In this document: one piece after another, positions 1-11,800 of the stretch
Position numbering within the stretch: the first letter of the stretch is position 1
Layout: each line of letters opens with the position of its first letter
Source: Felis catus
Taxonomy: Eukaryota
Length of the DNA stretch: 64,000 nucleotides
Assembly: GCF_018350175.1 (NCBI RefSeq)
Contig: NC_058368.1
Location: forward strand, 238,826,001-238,890,000
Reading direction: 5' to 3'
Notes under the pieces: model-generated
Told to the model about the DNA's origin: nothing
The model's input: only the letters and a program-made list of their open reading frames with translations
The model's database searches: none
Made by a program: the position numbers and the translations under genes

Positions 1-551
1 GAGTCTCGTTCCCGCACGAGCTCCCTCTCCCCGCTGCTGTGGAGCATCTCTCCTCGGTCTCCTTTCGTTAAGTCAGAACGGAAACAAAAACGAAAACAGC
101 ACCGGGTACGGCCGTGCCCCTCCTGCGGGAGCCCGCGTCTCCCCGTTGACCCCGAGCCGCGCGCTGGCGGTTGTGCGGGGCTATCTACCCGCGGCTTTTC
201 TCGGTCGGTAGAGGACGGCGTCACGGTTGGGTTTTCTCGGGATTTTCTTCGTAACGTGCTCTTCCTGGCGTGTCTCGTGCGGGGTGTGGTGTGCGGTGCG
301 TGTGACGTGCGAGAGCCGCGCTCGTCAGCTCGCGTTCTCAGAAAGGCTTCCGGTCAGCAGACTGCGAGTGGTTCGGTCTTTGGCGAGACAGAAGTGATGC
401 GTGGATTTGCAGCTTGCGGGGTTGGCGCCCCCGATCCCTGCCGTTGTTCAAGAGTTCACCGTATGTGCCCGGACTCTCGTTAGCCTTGTCTTTTTTTAAG
501 TGATCTTCTCGAGATGGTTTTTAAGTTTTAGCACCTGTTTTTCAAGATCTC

Positions 552-750
552 TTTTGTTTGTTGTTCAGTTTATATTGAGGGAGAGCGCACGTGCACGTGA
601 ATGGGGGAGGGGCGGGGGGAGGGGGGAGAACCCCAAGCAGCCTCCGCGCTCAGCTCAGAGCCTGATGTGCGTCTAGAACTCCCAAAGTGTGAGATCGCGA
701 CTCGAGCCCAAGTCGAGAGTCACGTGCTTGACCAGCCACCCGGGCGCCCC
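552..750 (-). mobile_element. Carnivore tRNA-derived SINE (Can-SINE/SINEC)
   Basis: Reverse-strand head GGGGCGCCCGGGTGGCT at 750; T-rich tail and GA-rich linker on + strand. Confidence 0.85.
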
Positions 751-1005
751 TTGAGTTGCTTTTCGCCTTTCTGGATCACGGGCCACCCTGAGTATCCGAC
801 GAAGACGGTTGCTGCCACCCCCAGATTACACGTGGGAGGTTTGCGGCTCTCGGCGAGACCCTCTCACGGAGGCGCGTCCGAGGAGCGGGGTCAACGGGGC
901 AGGCCCCGCTCCTCGGGACCGCCGGCCCCGGGGAAGGCGCCTGGGAGACGAGAGCGTGCGGCGCGGGGCCTTCCGGCGGCATCACGCCCTCTCTCGGCCT
1001 TCCAG

Positions 1006-1117
1006 CCTGCAGGAGTTCGTGAAGGATGCTGGGAGCTACAGCAAGAAGATGGTGGACGACCTCCTGGACCAGATCACCGGCGGGGACCACTCGCGGATGC
1101 TGTTCCAGCTGAGGCAG
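1006..1117 (+). CDS. BRD9: BRD9 coding exon (fifth from last)
   Basis: ttccag|C acceptor, CAG|gtgggc donor; encodes (S)LQEFVKDAG...MLFQLRQ. Confidence 0.95.
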
Positions 1118-4100
1118 GTGGGCGTGCATGTGCCGCGTTTGTGGGGCCGCGCCTGTGGAAAGAGCCTGTCCGGATGGACACCGTCCTAGGGAATCGCTGG
1201 CTCGTCTCCCCTCATTCATGTTTTAAGTTTTTACTTCAGGCAGTCAGTTTTCTTTCAGAGGAACTGAAAAGTTTGAGAAGTCCCGCTTGCCACCCCCCCC
1301 CCCCCCCCCGCCGTCTCTGGGGCTCTGTGACTTTATATCCAGATCACTGTCATGTGCCGTCCATTCCCTTTGCTCTGAAGACTCTTTTTGGCTATTGCTT
1401 CGAGTGTAGACTTGCTGACGGGGAATTTACTCAGCTTTTTTTTGGTCTGAAAGAAGTTATTTTATCTGTATTTATGGAATTCCTCTTCCCTGGGTCTGGA
1501 ATCGTGGAATCATAGGCTGCTTTTCTCCTATTTTGAGAGACATCTGACCACACCGTTTCTGAAGCGTCGCCGTCGTAGGCGTCTGTGTCTTCTGTCGCGC
1601 GTCTTCGTGGCAAAGTGCACGCGTCGGCCGACGGGCTTCGAGTGGGCTTTTCCTTTTTTCAAGGTTGTAGGAAAAGATCAGAAGAGGTCTGTGCTATACA
1701 GACCTCCGTTCCAGGAGGCCTCAGATACTCGCTCCTTTGTCCTTTGCGGGAAATGGACTGTTTGCTGCTCTACATGCTTCTAAAGTTTAATCTTTGTAAC
1801 TGATTTTCAGTAATTCGTCTCTGATGTGTTTCAGCGTTCTTTTCTCTGTGTTTATCCTGCTTAACGTTTGTCGGGCTTCTCAGGCCCGTCATTTAGAAGA
1901 TTTTCATCCGTCGTCTTTTCAGATGTCGTGTCTGCCCCCGCCCCACGCTCGTCGCTTCTCCGGGACTCTGACCCGCGGCTGGCATCCTGGCCTGTCCCGA
2001 GTGCCGGTAATGCTCAGCTCTTTTCTCAGTCTCTTGTCCCTCCCTCAGGGGCGAATGCCGTCTGTTGCCGTGGCTTCAAGTTGAGTGATCTGTTTTTGTG
2101 CCGCGGCCACATTTGCTGTTAAGCTCAGCCAGTGAAGGTTTCCTTTGAGACGCTGTGTTGTCGGTCTAGGCTCTGTTTTCTTCCTTCTTAGGCCTTCCCT
2201 TTCACGTTATGTTCATGCTTTCCTTTAAATTTTTGGACCTATTTCTCATATCTCCCACAGCTGCTTTGAAAGTCCTTATCCACCAATTCTGTCATCTCTG
2301 CCATTCCTGGATTTGCCTTTTGGTAGATTTTCCTCTGCTTACTGTCCACAGTTTGCTGCTTTATTGTTTGATTGGGCCCCGGGCATTACATTGTCGAGTC
2401 TCTGCTGTCTGGACTGTGCTATCACTGCCACCAGCAGTCATAAGTGACTGGCGGAAATATGACTGTGGTTAGTCTGAATTAGATACGATGAGAATGTGAG
2501 CTGCGGACCAAGATTTTAGAGACTGGTGCAAAAAAAGAAACGTAAAACTATTTCATTATGTTATCTGGATCTCACGTTAAAATAAAAAATGTTTTCAATA
2601 CGTTGGGTTAAGTGAAACGTGTCATCGTCGACTACGTGTTAAGATTAATCTTAAGCAGGCTACTGGAAGGTTAGGTAGGTATGTGCTCATGTTACATTAC
2701 TGCTGGGCGAGGCTGGCCTGATTTTACTGTGTTCTTTTAAGAACGTTGATGTTCATTTTGGCAGAGTTCTTAGGAGTCATCTGATTTCTTGGGATTTGTT
2801 TTTAATTTGGTAGGGTGGGTTTCAGCGGCCTTTATGTTGGGTGAATTTGGCCCTGATCCTAAGGAATGGCCTTTCAGGGTCTCTTCTGGTGGCCCAGGTT
2901 TCAGTGAGGTCTTGGCTGGGTGGAGTTTGGTTGTGTCTCCTCACGTGTACCTGGCCCCATGGTGTTCGTCTGTGTGTGCACAGGTCAGTGTGCCCCGGGT
3001 TCAGCCCTCCTGGACTTGTGGAGCTCCTGCTGTGAGCTATATCCTCCTCTCCAGACTGCCACTCTTCAGTTCCGTGTGGCCGCTGTGCCCCGGCTGCCGT
3101 TCTCTGCACCGTGGTCTGAAAGTTTTCCTCCTGGTGCCCCCTGGGCACAGTGTGTGAGGCTGTGTCTTTATAGAGCAGGAACTCCTGAGATGTCCTGGCC
3201 CACTTGGTGGGATCACTTTTCTGAAAGTGAGCTTGCATTACAGGAGTCACATAATTCCCAACATGGTGTGGGAATGGTTAGGTGACGTTTGATGCTAAAA
3301 CGTATACGTTAGTGGAGGCGTGCGTATGCGTGTGGAACTGGACGTTACGATAGCGGAGAAGTTAATTTTCTACTAAAACTTATAAAAACCTTAGCACAGG
3401 TGAATCTCTAGAACGTTGTCCCAAACAAAAGTTCTCAGATGCAAAAGTGTGTGAACTGAGTGACTGTTTTGAAGGTGAAGATCCTGCCAGATTGCAGGAC
3501 GGTGGCTCAGTAGCATTTAGGCTTGTGATCTCCACATGTGGTCACATGTGGCTGGGCGTCCCGTACAGAATGTAGTCACACAGTAGCTGTCCTGGGTGAC
3601 CCTGGGTCCCTCACAGGCTGTGGTCATGCAGTAGTGGTCAAGTGTAAGCCTCTTGTGGACACTGCAGCCGAGGAGAAGATGCGTGGCCCTACAGTGCAGC
3701 CCATCGGAGGGCAGGGGACCCTCCTCACCTAGCAGGTGGTTTCCTGAGCTGCCTCTGAGACGCAGGTACAACGTCAGACGTTTACCTTCTGTTTGAAGCC
3801 ATCCAGGGCTGCGGAAACGCATCGGGTGCCCTCTCCTTCACCTCCGTCCCTCCCAGGGTGCCATCAGGGCACTCGGCCTCCCAGGGTCTTGGCCGGGCCT
3901 GCATGAATCGGGCCCTCTGTGGGGAGTTGGCTGTCTGTCTGATGCTGCACCAGCTCTGATTCACAGGGTGGTGTGAATACCGCGAGGACAACCCCAGCAA
4001 GACTGAATGGGCTGCTTTAATTTACGTCTGTGTACACGATACGAGCGAATCATTCTGTATAAAACCGTTTCGAAAACTGGCTTCTCCCGTTTTGATTTGC

Positions 4101-7100
4101 AGAGGAGAAATGTTCCCGTGAAGCCTCCAGAGGAAGCGAAGGTGAGTTGCACGGACGTGTAAGTGAAAACCTGATGATTAGCGTTCCTGCGGGGAACGGT
4201 CGTGTTCAGCCTGTGAAATGGGGTCATTGAGAAGAGGGTGTTGTTTTGTTGGGAAACTGGTTAAGTGGTAGTCTCCCTGCCCCTGAGTTTTAGTGACAGG
4301 GGTGAGGGGCAGGAAGCCACGGCACTTCTCTTCCAGTCCAGGCACGGGAGCCGCAGAGCAGTGGTTGTGCGGGGGCCCTGTCTTCTCACGTGGCAAGTGT
4401 GCACGGCCGGCCGGTGGGGAAGCAGGCGCTGGACCGGATTCCTGTAGGGGAGCCGCGGGGCACTCTAGCCTCTGGGGTGCTCCCTCGGCTGTGTGTGGGG
4501 CCTCAGCCCTGTGAGGTCTCTAGGGAGATCTGCGTGTCTGCTCTTTGGCTGGTGTGAGAAGTCGTGAGTAAACCAGCTGTCTTCAAGTCGCTTTTACGAG
4601 TTCCAAGTCGCAGGCGAATCTGTAACGACTTGGAAAACCGCAGCTGTGGGATGATTGCCCCAGCCACGTAGGGAGAAGGGCCCCGTGCTGGGCCCTGGGT
4701 AGGATCATGAGTAGCACTGAGCCTCGGTCTCTGGTTGCAAAGTAGAGCGGTAACAGTGGGGTCGTTGTAGGACTCTCGGTGGCACTCTCCCCTGAGATCT
4801 GGCTACCGCCGTACTCCATAAACACGAGCTCAGCCCCGGCCGGCGTGTCGATGGCCCAGAGTGATCACTGTAACATTTCCTCTCGAGAGAGATTTATCAG
4901 AGCACAGAGCAAAGTGGCTTTTCTGAAAGTCAAGTGAAAGAAGCAAATTCACAGATCACCCAGACGAGACAGACCGATGGCACCCAGACAGGACGACAAG
5001 AGAGGGCTCAGGCCCAGAGGGGACAGGCCAGTGTGAGAGGGTTCACACCAGAGGGCACAGCCCAACATGACAGGACTCACACCCACAGGGGACAGGCCAA
5101 CGGGAGAGGGTTCACACCAGAGGGCACGGCCTAATGTGACAGGGCTCACACCCACAGGGGATAGGCCGATGGGAGAGGGTTCATACCAGAGGGCGGGGCC
5201 CAACAGGAGAGGGCTCACACCCACAGGGGAAAGGCCGGTGGGAGAGGGCTCACACCAGAGGGCACGACCTGATGGGAGAGGGCTCACAGGCCCTGTGCCC
5301 CTTGCCTGGTTAGCAGGGTCTCATCTTCTTCCTTTGCCAGGTCCCTGTGTGTGGCCGGATGTAGGTGGGTGCCTGTCCCTACTCTCTGGGCTGGAGGGGA
5401 CCCTGTGTGAGCCTTCGAGCTGTAGGGCGGGCTGAGGGTGTTCGAGGGCACGTGACGTGCACCTGCGCAACCAGGTCCACAGGCTCTGAGCCTCTGCTGC
5501 AATGTGGACCTTTAGTTGAACTATTTGGTGAAGAAACGGTCCCTCCAGGCCGTGTGTCAGGAAGGGCGTGGTCATCGGACAGTAACTTATCCCACAGTGA
5601 CTTAGGGTCCGATCTCCAAAGTGACGGTGGGATTTGGTAGGATTTGAAGGCCTTAGGGTCTTAACTTATAGTACATTTCCCTTAAAGCACCAGAGGTGGC
5701 TCTCAATGTTCATTTTAAAAAGGGCCATATATTAACTGTTACCTCCTAACGTTTATGAGCCACAGGCCGCCGTGAAAGGTTTGCGTGGTGGGAGCGTCTC
5801 GGGGAACGCTGGGCTGTTTCCTTACAGTGCAGAGAGGGCTAGGAGGGCGTGGGGCGGCCACAGAAGGAGAGAGAACACGCTTGGCTTGGAATCTGCCGTG
5901 TTTTTACGTGTAGTCTCTGCAAGGTAGCCGTGAGCCCCTCAGGTCCCCTGTGTCCCCCTGTGCTGCCGCCCCCCTCCCCCCCGTTGCAGGGACCTGTTTA
6001 TCCCCGAGAGCCAGCGGCCTTTGGCTGTGGGGTTTGGTCTCGGCAGTGGCAGCCGCCTCTGGGAGCGCCCCTGGTGATCGTGGCTGCAGCGAGGACCAGA
6101 CGCAGCGGGGTCTTCCCGCTCCCTGGGTGTGGACGTGGCGGAGCCGGCCTGTCCTGGGGTCGGGGTGGGGGGGCGCTGCCGCTCCTGTGAGTTCAACAGC
6201 TGGTGTTAACTGCCCGCTCAGTGACCTCTTTCCTTTTCTGCTCGGTACCTACCCGTCTCCTGCAGGCTGGGGACTCGCTGGGTGACAGCAACTCCGTCCT
6301 GGACTTCATGTCGACAAAGTCCTACTCGGACGCCTCCCTGGACATCTCCATGCTTGGCTCTCTAGGTAGGTTGTGCGGGGCGTGCTCACATCCTCAGGCT
6401 CCGCTGGAAGAGGACGCTGTGTTCTCATCCCCGGTGCCGTGTCAATCTGCGAGGTGGTCCCCGGGGCACGAGGCTGGTGTGCCGAGGCCTGTCCCCTTTC
6501 TAGGAATATGGCCACTGTGCTCGGGATCCCTCCCTGATGGCCCCAGAGGGGGCTTGCCCAGGTCTCCTTTTTGACGTCAGGGTCCCTCGAGCCTGTCGGT
6601 CGTGCAGGGACGAGCTGCCTGCCTCGTGGCCTGCCATCGATGTGTCTGCGCGCACGTACCCACCAGGCTGTGCCCTCGTCGGCAGCTGAACCCAACCCTG
6701 CCACGTGAGATGCCCTCTCCGGTCCGCATGGCACCCAGGGTTTTGGAATCCTGGCCAGGGTTTGGCCGTCCGGCTCCCTGTTGACTCGAGGCTCTCGGGG
6801 TGCATTCTCCTCCCCTCCTTTCCTTTGGGCCGACCTGACCATTACCACGGGGCTTCTCGCGGACGGTGGCCTCCCTCATTGCATGTGGCCGTGCCCGTGG
6901 TGCTTCCGGCGTCGAGGGGTGGAGGCCAGACGTGCCGCTAAACATCCCGAGGCACAGGGAGCGGCCCCCCAAGAATGACCCGGCCCCGGAGGCCACCGCG
7001 GCCGGGGGTGAGAAATCCTGCCTGCGTCAGAAGTGGTTTCTGTCAGCGGCTCGGAGCGCATGAGGCCGGCTCTCGCTTTGTCATCAGCCCCGCGGTCTCT

Positions 7101-9653
7101 GCCTTGGGTTAGGCTGTCTGTACTTAGCGTGGTAACCCGGACCTGATTGAGATCTGCTGTCTTGCTCCTTGTCTGTCATTTTCCCAATTGTTTGGGGGTC
7201 CCACGCCTACTGCTGGGTTAGGTGGTTCCCTAGGAGTCTTGGGACTCGTGGCTCTGGTTTGATACAGCAAAGGGGGACAGATCGGGACCCACAGAGGGAA
7301 GGGGTGCATGGGGGTGAGTCCGGGGGAGGCCAGGCAGCGCTCCAGAGCCGCCCCGGGGGGTCCCACGGACACGCCTGACTCCCAGCATCGAGTTGGGGCA
7401 ATGCAGGCACCCTCTCCCTGGCACATCTGCAAATTCCAGGCTCCTGGAAGGAGAGCAGGTGTTCAGTGGAAACCACATCAGTTGCATGGACAGTCGAGGT
7501 CCGGGGAGCCCCTCTGTCACTCGGGTGGTGGCGACCCTCCCGGGATCCACGTTCGCCAGCCAAGGGCCAACTGGTCTTCTGTGTTAACGCTAGCCTTGCC
7601 AGCTCTTCTTTTCCTCTGTGTTTAAGGTTTTTTCCTCATTACTGGTTTTTGGTAGTTTGAGCGTAAGGTGCCTTGATTTGCTTTTGTTTGGATTTGTCCG
7701 TCGGGTTATGTTCGACCTGTGGCCTCGGGGGTCTGTGGACTTTCAGCTGGGCTCCCGATTCTGCCATTTGTTGCCGAGTGTCTTTGCTTCGTGTGTGGCC
7801 GTCTGTTCCGCCGCGGCTGACCTGCTGTCGTCCTTCCCAGCGTGGGGCGGCGGGTCGCCGCAGACGCTGCTCTTTTCCTGTGCCGGAGCCCAATTCGGCT
7901 TTTCCAGACTCTCCCCTTCTCCCCTCACCACCCTCTCCCTCTGCTTTTTGAGGAGCGAGTGCCTAGTCGCGAATTTAAGGCCCCTCTTGTTCACAGCTTT
8001 CCTCCCGTGTTTGGTGGGGCTGTTTCCCTGCCCTCTGCCCACCCGGTAGTGGTTTCTCATGGGCCAGACTGCAGTTACGCCTTTGGGTGCTGGTTAGCTC
8101 GCGTGCCTCGATGCTGCGCTTGGTCACGTTCTGACGGGCCGTTACCGATGTGTAGGCGTCGGACCCTGTCCAGGTGTGGCTGTGAGGTGCTCTAAGGGCG
8201 GCCCTGAGCCACATTTAGTGTAGGGAGGGACACTGTCCCGCCGGTGGACCGCACCCTTCTTCAGGCTTGGGCCACCGGTTGTCGGAGACACGTGAGTTCT
8301 TGAACTGCCTGGAGGGGTCGTGTGCTCCCACACACGCAGGGCCCCTCCTGGGTCAGACCCGGGAGCTCTCCCGGCAGCCCACTGCCCGGGGCCCCCTGCC
8401 CCCGCTCTGGCGTGTTCTCCGTCCTGGCGTCTGTGGGCCTCCGTTGCACATGCTGTCCTGCTTCCTGCGTGTTTACAACAGAGGGCAAGCCCTCTTCGTG
8501 AATGGCTCAGATCTGACGTGGCACCCGCCCTCCAAGCTTGCCTGTCCTCCCCCCCCCCCCCCCAGCTTTCCGCACGGTGGGTGTTGTCCCAAGCGTTCAT
8601 AGCGGCGAGGGAGAGACCGGGGGTGCGGCCCAGGCGTCTGGGTGTCTGACGTCTGACGGCCCCGTGTCTGTGCAGGGAAAGTGAGGAAGGAGCCTGACGC
8701 AGACGACGGCCACCTGAACCTGGATGAGACGGCGAAGCTCCTGCAGGACCTGCACGAGGCACAGGCAGAGCGCGGGGGCTCCCGGCCGTCCTCCAACCTC
8801 AGCTCCCTGTCCAACACCTCCCCCTCCGATAGGGACCAGCACCACCTGGGTAAGGTGGCCCCCGGGACCATGCGGGCTGCTCCCTCTGCAGGGTGTCCCT
8901 GCCCCTGGGGCGCTGAGACCGCCCTATAGTCGGGCAGCTGCCCGGGGCAGAAACGTGTGAGTGGAAGTCACTTGGCGTTAGGAATCGTGGGGAGTGGTGG
9001 TGAGACGTGGCCGGCCCCGCGTCAGGAGGAGCCCCAGCTGGCTACACCCCAGGGCCCTTGGAAGCGGCAGAACGAGCCTCAGACGCTGAGTTCAACTCGG
9101 GGAACGTTTGTTTCTCTCTGCCATTCCCGTGTTTAGTCCTAACACAGAGTGTCAAGGAGTGTGTCGATCCTCCGGGGCCCTGAGGGGAGAGCAGGTGGCC
9201 TGGGGCCTTCTGTGTTTACTGAGACAGAGCGGGCAGGTGTGTGGGCCCCATCGGGATTTCAGTCCCACCAGGAAGGGAACCAAACGCTTCCTGCTCCTTG
9301 AATTTACTCCCTTACTTGCCCATGCTGCTGTCGTAGTTCCCAGATAGAAGGTCGGGCTCGCGGAATACGTCTTGACGTTGTGGGCTCAGGGGTGCTCGTC
9401 CGCGGTGGAGGTTTGGCTGAATAACAAGCGGGCTCTGTGGCTGAGTTGTGGTCTCACTAACCGCCGTCACTAGGACACGTTTTCGGCCCGGTGTGAACCG
9501 TGACGTGTGTGTGGATCTGCTGTGTGAACACCTGTGTTTCCCACAATTGCAGGAAGTCCTTCTCGCCTCAGCGTCGGGGAGCAGCCAGAGGTGACCCACG
9601 ACCCATACGAATTTCTTCAGTCTCCAGAACCTGCAGCCTCTGCAAAGAGCTAG
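1006..9653 (+). CDS. BRD9: BRD9 (bromodomain-containing 9, ncBAF subunit), 3' part: join(1006-1117,4103-4141,6266-6365,8676-8849,9553-9653); 5' exons lie upstream of the window
   Basis: Five GT-AG exons join in frame to LQEFVKDAGSYSKKMVDDLLDQITGGDHSRMLFQLRQ-RRNVPVKPPEEAK-AGDSLGDSNSVLDFMSTKSYSDASLDISMLGSL-GKVRKEPDADDGHLNLDETAKLLQDLHEAQAERGGSRPSSNLSSLSNTSPSDRDQHHL-GSPSRLSVGEQPEVTHDPYEFLQSPEPAASAKS*, matching the recalled BRD9 C-terminus. Confidence 0.97.
1330..2410 (-). mobile_element. Old LINE-1 remnant (ORF1 region), boundaries approximate
   Basis: T-rich decayed antisense L1-like text; no intact ORF. Confidence 0.55.
2414..2716. mobile_element. MER33-like hAT-Charlie MITE
   Basis: Colinear with recalled MER33: ctgtgct...tgtggttagtctgaatt...gattttagagact...aaaaaaagaaacgtaaaa...ttgggttaa...ggctactggaa...gctgg. 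Confidence 0.7.
4103..4141 (+). CDS. BRD9: BRD9 39-nt coding exon
   Basis: tttgcag|AGG...AAG|gtgagt; RRNVPVKPPEEAK. Confidence 0.93.
4965..5290. repeat. Minisatellite, 69-bp period (two ~34/35-bp subunits), ~4.5 copies
   Basis: GAGAGGG(T/C)TCA(C/T)ACCAGAGGGC recurs at 5035, 5104, 5173, 5242. Confidence 0.9.
6266..6365 (+). CDS. BRD9: BRD9 coding exon
   Basis: cctgcag|GCT...CTAG|gtaggt; AGDSLGDSNSVLDFMSTKSYSDASLDISMLGSL(G). Confidence 0.94.
7189..7572 (-). mobile_element. ERVL-class solo LTR, MER21/MER68/MER77 group (closest recalled match MER68), apparently inserted in an old antisense L1
   Basis: Colinear blocks tgtttgggggtccc, gcatgggggtgagtccgggggaggccaggc, aggcaccctctccctggcac, aaattccaggctcctggaaggagagcaggtgttcagtggaaaccacat, gccagccaagggccaac. 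Confidence 0.75.
8676..8849 (+). CDS. BRD9: BRD9 penultimate coding exon
   Basis: gtgcag|GG...CTGG|gtaagg; KVRKEPDADD...DQHHL. Confidence 0.95.
9553..9653 (+). CDS. BRD9: BRD9 last coding exon, stop TAG 9651-9653
   Basis: ttgcag|GA AGT CCT TCT...AGC TAG; SPSRLSVGEQPEVTHDPYEFLQSPEPAASAKS*. Confidence 0.95.
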
Positions 9654-10290
9654 CCTTGTAGATAGACTTCCGTTAGTTTTTTATTTTTTTATTCGTGTGT
9701 ACAGAGTTTTTGTCGTGAGACAGAGACTTTCGTTTTGTCCCCTCTGGCGTGCGGGAAGCAGCCCCGGGAGGTGGGGAGGCGTCTCTGGCATCATGTCAGC
9801 CACACGCGGATCCCGTGTTTCTGTGGGTAGCCCCGTGAATGCTGGACAGTGGAATGCTGGACAGCACACATACAGGTGTGTGACCGGGTGGGGTCGAGCC
9901 GTTGTGCTTTGTCTCTTGAGCTTTGAGGGGTCTGTAAAGCTCCTCCCTGTGGCTGGCCGGGACACGCCGTCCTGCCCCAGCATCCTTCCCGAGCACCCCT
10001 TGGGAGGCAAGAGATGCCCACGTTGGGGGTCCTGTGTGCTGTTTGCCCTGCCCGCCCTCCCCGCCGTCCCCACATTCCCGAAGCAGGTCGTGGTGGGGCT
10101 GCAACCCTCCTGGCCTGGGACAGGCTCTGTGCTGGGCGAGGCCTGCCTTCTGCTGGAAGCTGACACTGCCCCCTGGCGACAGTGGTGTGCTGTGTCCGTA
10201 GACTTTTTTAATCTGGATGTGTTTACTGGATGCCTGTTTACGTTTGCAAAACGTAGAGATCTCAATAAAATACAGAGCGATTGCATGTAA
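9654..10290 (+). other. BRD9: BRD9 3' UTR (end approximate)
   Basis: Between stop codon and the AATAAA at 10264. Confidence 0.75.
10264..10269 (+). terminator. Polyadenylation signal of BRD9
   Basis: AATAAA followed by GT/T-rich sequence (ttgtttg, gtaggtgt). Confidence 0.8.
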
Positions 10291-10319
10291 TTGTTTGCAG
10301 CCCCGTAGGTGTCCACTTC

Positions 10320-10530
10320 TTTGTTGTTTTTTTAATTTTCTTCAACGTTTATATTTGAGAGAGAGCACAAGAGAGGGAGGGGCCGAGAGAGAGGGAGACA
10401 CAGAAACGGAAGCAGCTCTGGGCTCCGAGCTGCCAGCATAGAGCCCGACGTGGGACTAAACTTACAAACCGTGGGATCATGACCTGAGCCGCAGTCGGAC
10501 GCTCAACCACCCTGAGCCCCCAGGCGCCCC
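10320..10530 (-). mobile_element. Felid-type SINEC with 15-bp target-site duplication
   Basis: Head ends CAGGCGCCCC at 10530; TSD gtaggtgtccacttc (10305-10319) / gtgggtgtccacttc (10532-10546). Confidence 0.9.
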
Positions 10531-10720
10531 TGTGGGTGTCCACTTCCGAGTGACTTTTCGGTGAGAACCTTTGTCACAGGAGGTCAGCAGCGTCCGTTCC
10601 GGCCGCTCACCCTCCCGCGTTTACTCTGCGTCTGGCCCCGTTTTCCGCCCGCAGTGTGTCTGTCTCTCTTACCCACCCTGCACAACTTCAGGTGGCTTCC
10701 TTTTTGAAAACGGAATTGGA

Positions 10721-10938
10721 AGGGCGCCTGGGCGGCTCCGACGTTTAAGCGTCCCACTCTTGATCTTGGCTCGGGTCATGATCTCCCGGTTCGTGGGTTC
10801 AAGCCCCATGTCGGGCTCTGTGCTGACCGTGCAGAGCCTGCTTGGGAGTCTCTCTTTCCCCCTCTCTGCTCCTCCCCTACTTGTACGCACGTGCGCACAC
10901 TTCTTTCTCTCTCAAAATAAACTTCAAGATATTAAAAC
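10721..10938 (+). mobile_element. Can-SINE/SINEC
   Basis: GGGCGCCTGGGCGGCTC head, CT-rich linker, A-rich tail; TSD aaaacggaattgga / aaaacaagattgga. Confidence 0.9.
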
Positions 10939-11554
10939 AAAACAAGATTGGAGCTTCTGTCACCTCACAGGGCAGAGTGAATCCCGGGGGAAGGGGGTTT
11001 GTGTGACGGAGGCAGTGGACAGCATGACGTCCCCTGACCCACAAGTGCCACGGGGTGGGCCAGCCCTGCTGGCCACTGCCTGCTGTGCTGGTAGGGCCCC
11101 TTGGGAACCTCAGGAGAAGGGGAGCAAAACACTGCATAGCCGAGGCGTCAGGAAGCCGTGGCAGGTGCCGGCAAAGGAGCAAGTCCCCAGGAGGGACAGA
11201 CCCCACGGTCAGGCTGCTCCTTCCTGGGTGTGTCACAGCCGTGAAGGGGGACCTGGGGCTTGGGGCGCCTCCCTGGGCCTGCTGCCCCAGGAAGCTGGCA
11301 GGATCCAGGTCCAAACCCACAGGTGTTCTTGGTGGTCAGAATAACTGGGGGCAGGTGGCCAGAGAGGGGGAGTGTCTCTCAGAGCCACACTGGCCACGTG
11401 TCAGCCACGGATGCACGGGAGTGCCACAGTGCCTCAACCGTGCCGTTGACTCTCCGGGGAGAGGCTGTCTGGGCAGACAGTGCCAGGTGACGGGGGTTCA
11501 TCTTGCTGCCTTTTCTGTGGGAAGCCACACTCCAAACAAGACCAGTGAGGGGGA

Positions 11555-11800
11555 GAGTGTGCACATGTGTGAGTGTGCATGCTTGTGCAGTCTCGTATGT
11601 GCGTCTGCGTGCACATGAGTACGTGTGACATGTGAGCATGTGTGTGAGCACGCGTGTGCACATGTTTATTCTGGTGCACGAGTGTGCACGTGCACATTGT
11701 GTGAGCACGTGTGAGCGTGTGTGTGAGTCTGTGTCCGTACACGTGTGAGCGCATGTGTTGGCGTGTGTGTGTTGGTGCCTGTGTGTGTGCACGTGAGTGC
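11555..11800. repeat. Degenerate (TG)n/(CA)n low-complexity tract
   Basis: Alternating purine-pyrimidine TG-rich run. Confidence 0.85.

Noticed and set aside
601..1515. 304-aa ORF
   Set aside because: Starts in a SINE, crosses a BRD9 exon out of frame, ends in L1 debris
4949..5435. Repeat-protein-like ORFs or CRISPR-like array
   Set aside because: Tandem minisatellite with no unique spacers and no cas genes; mammalian DNA
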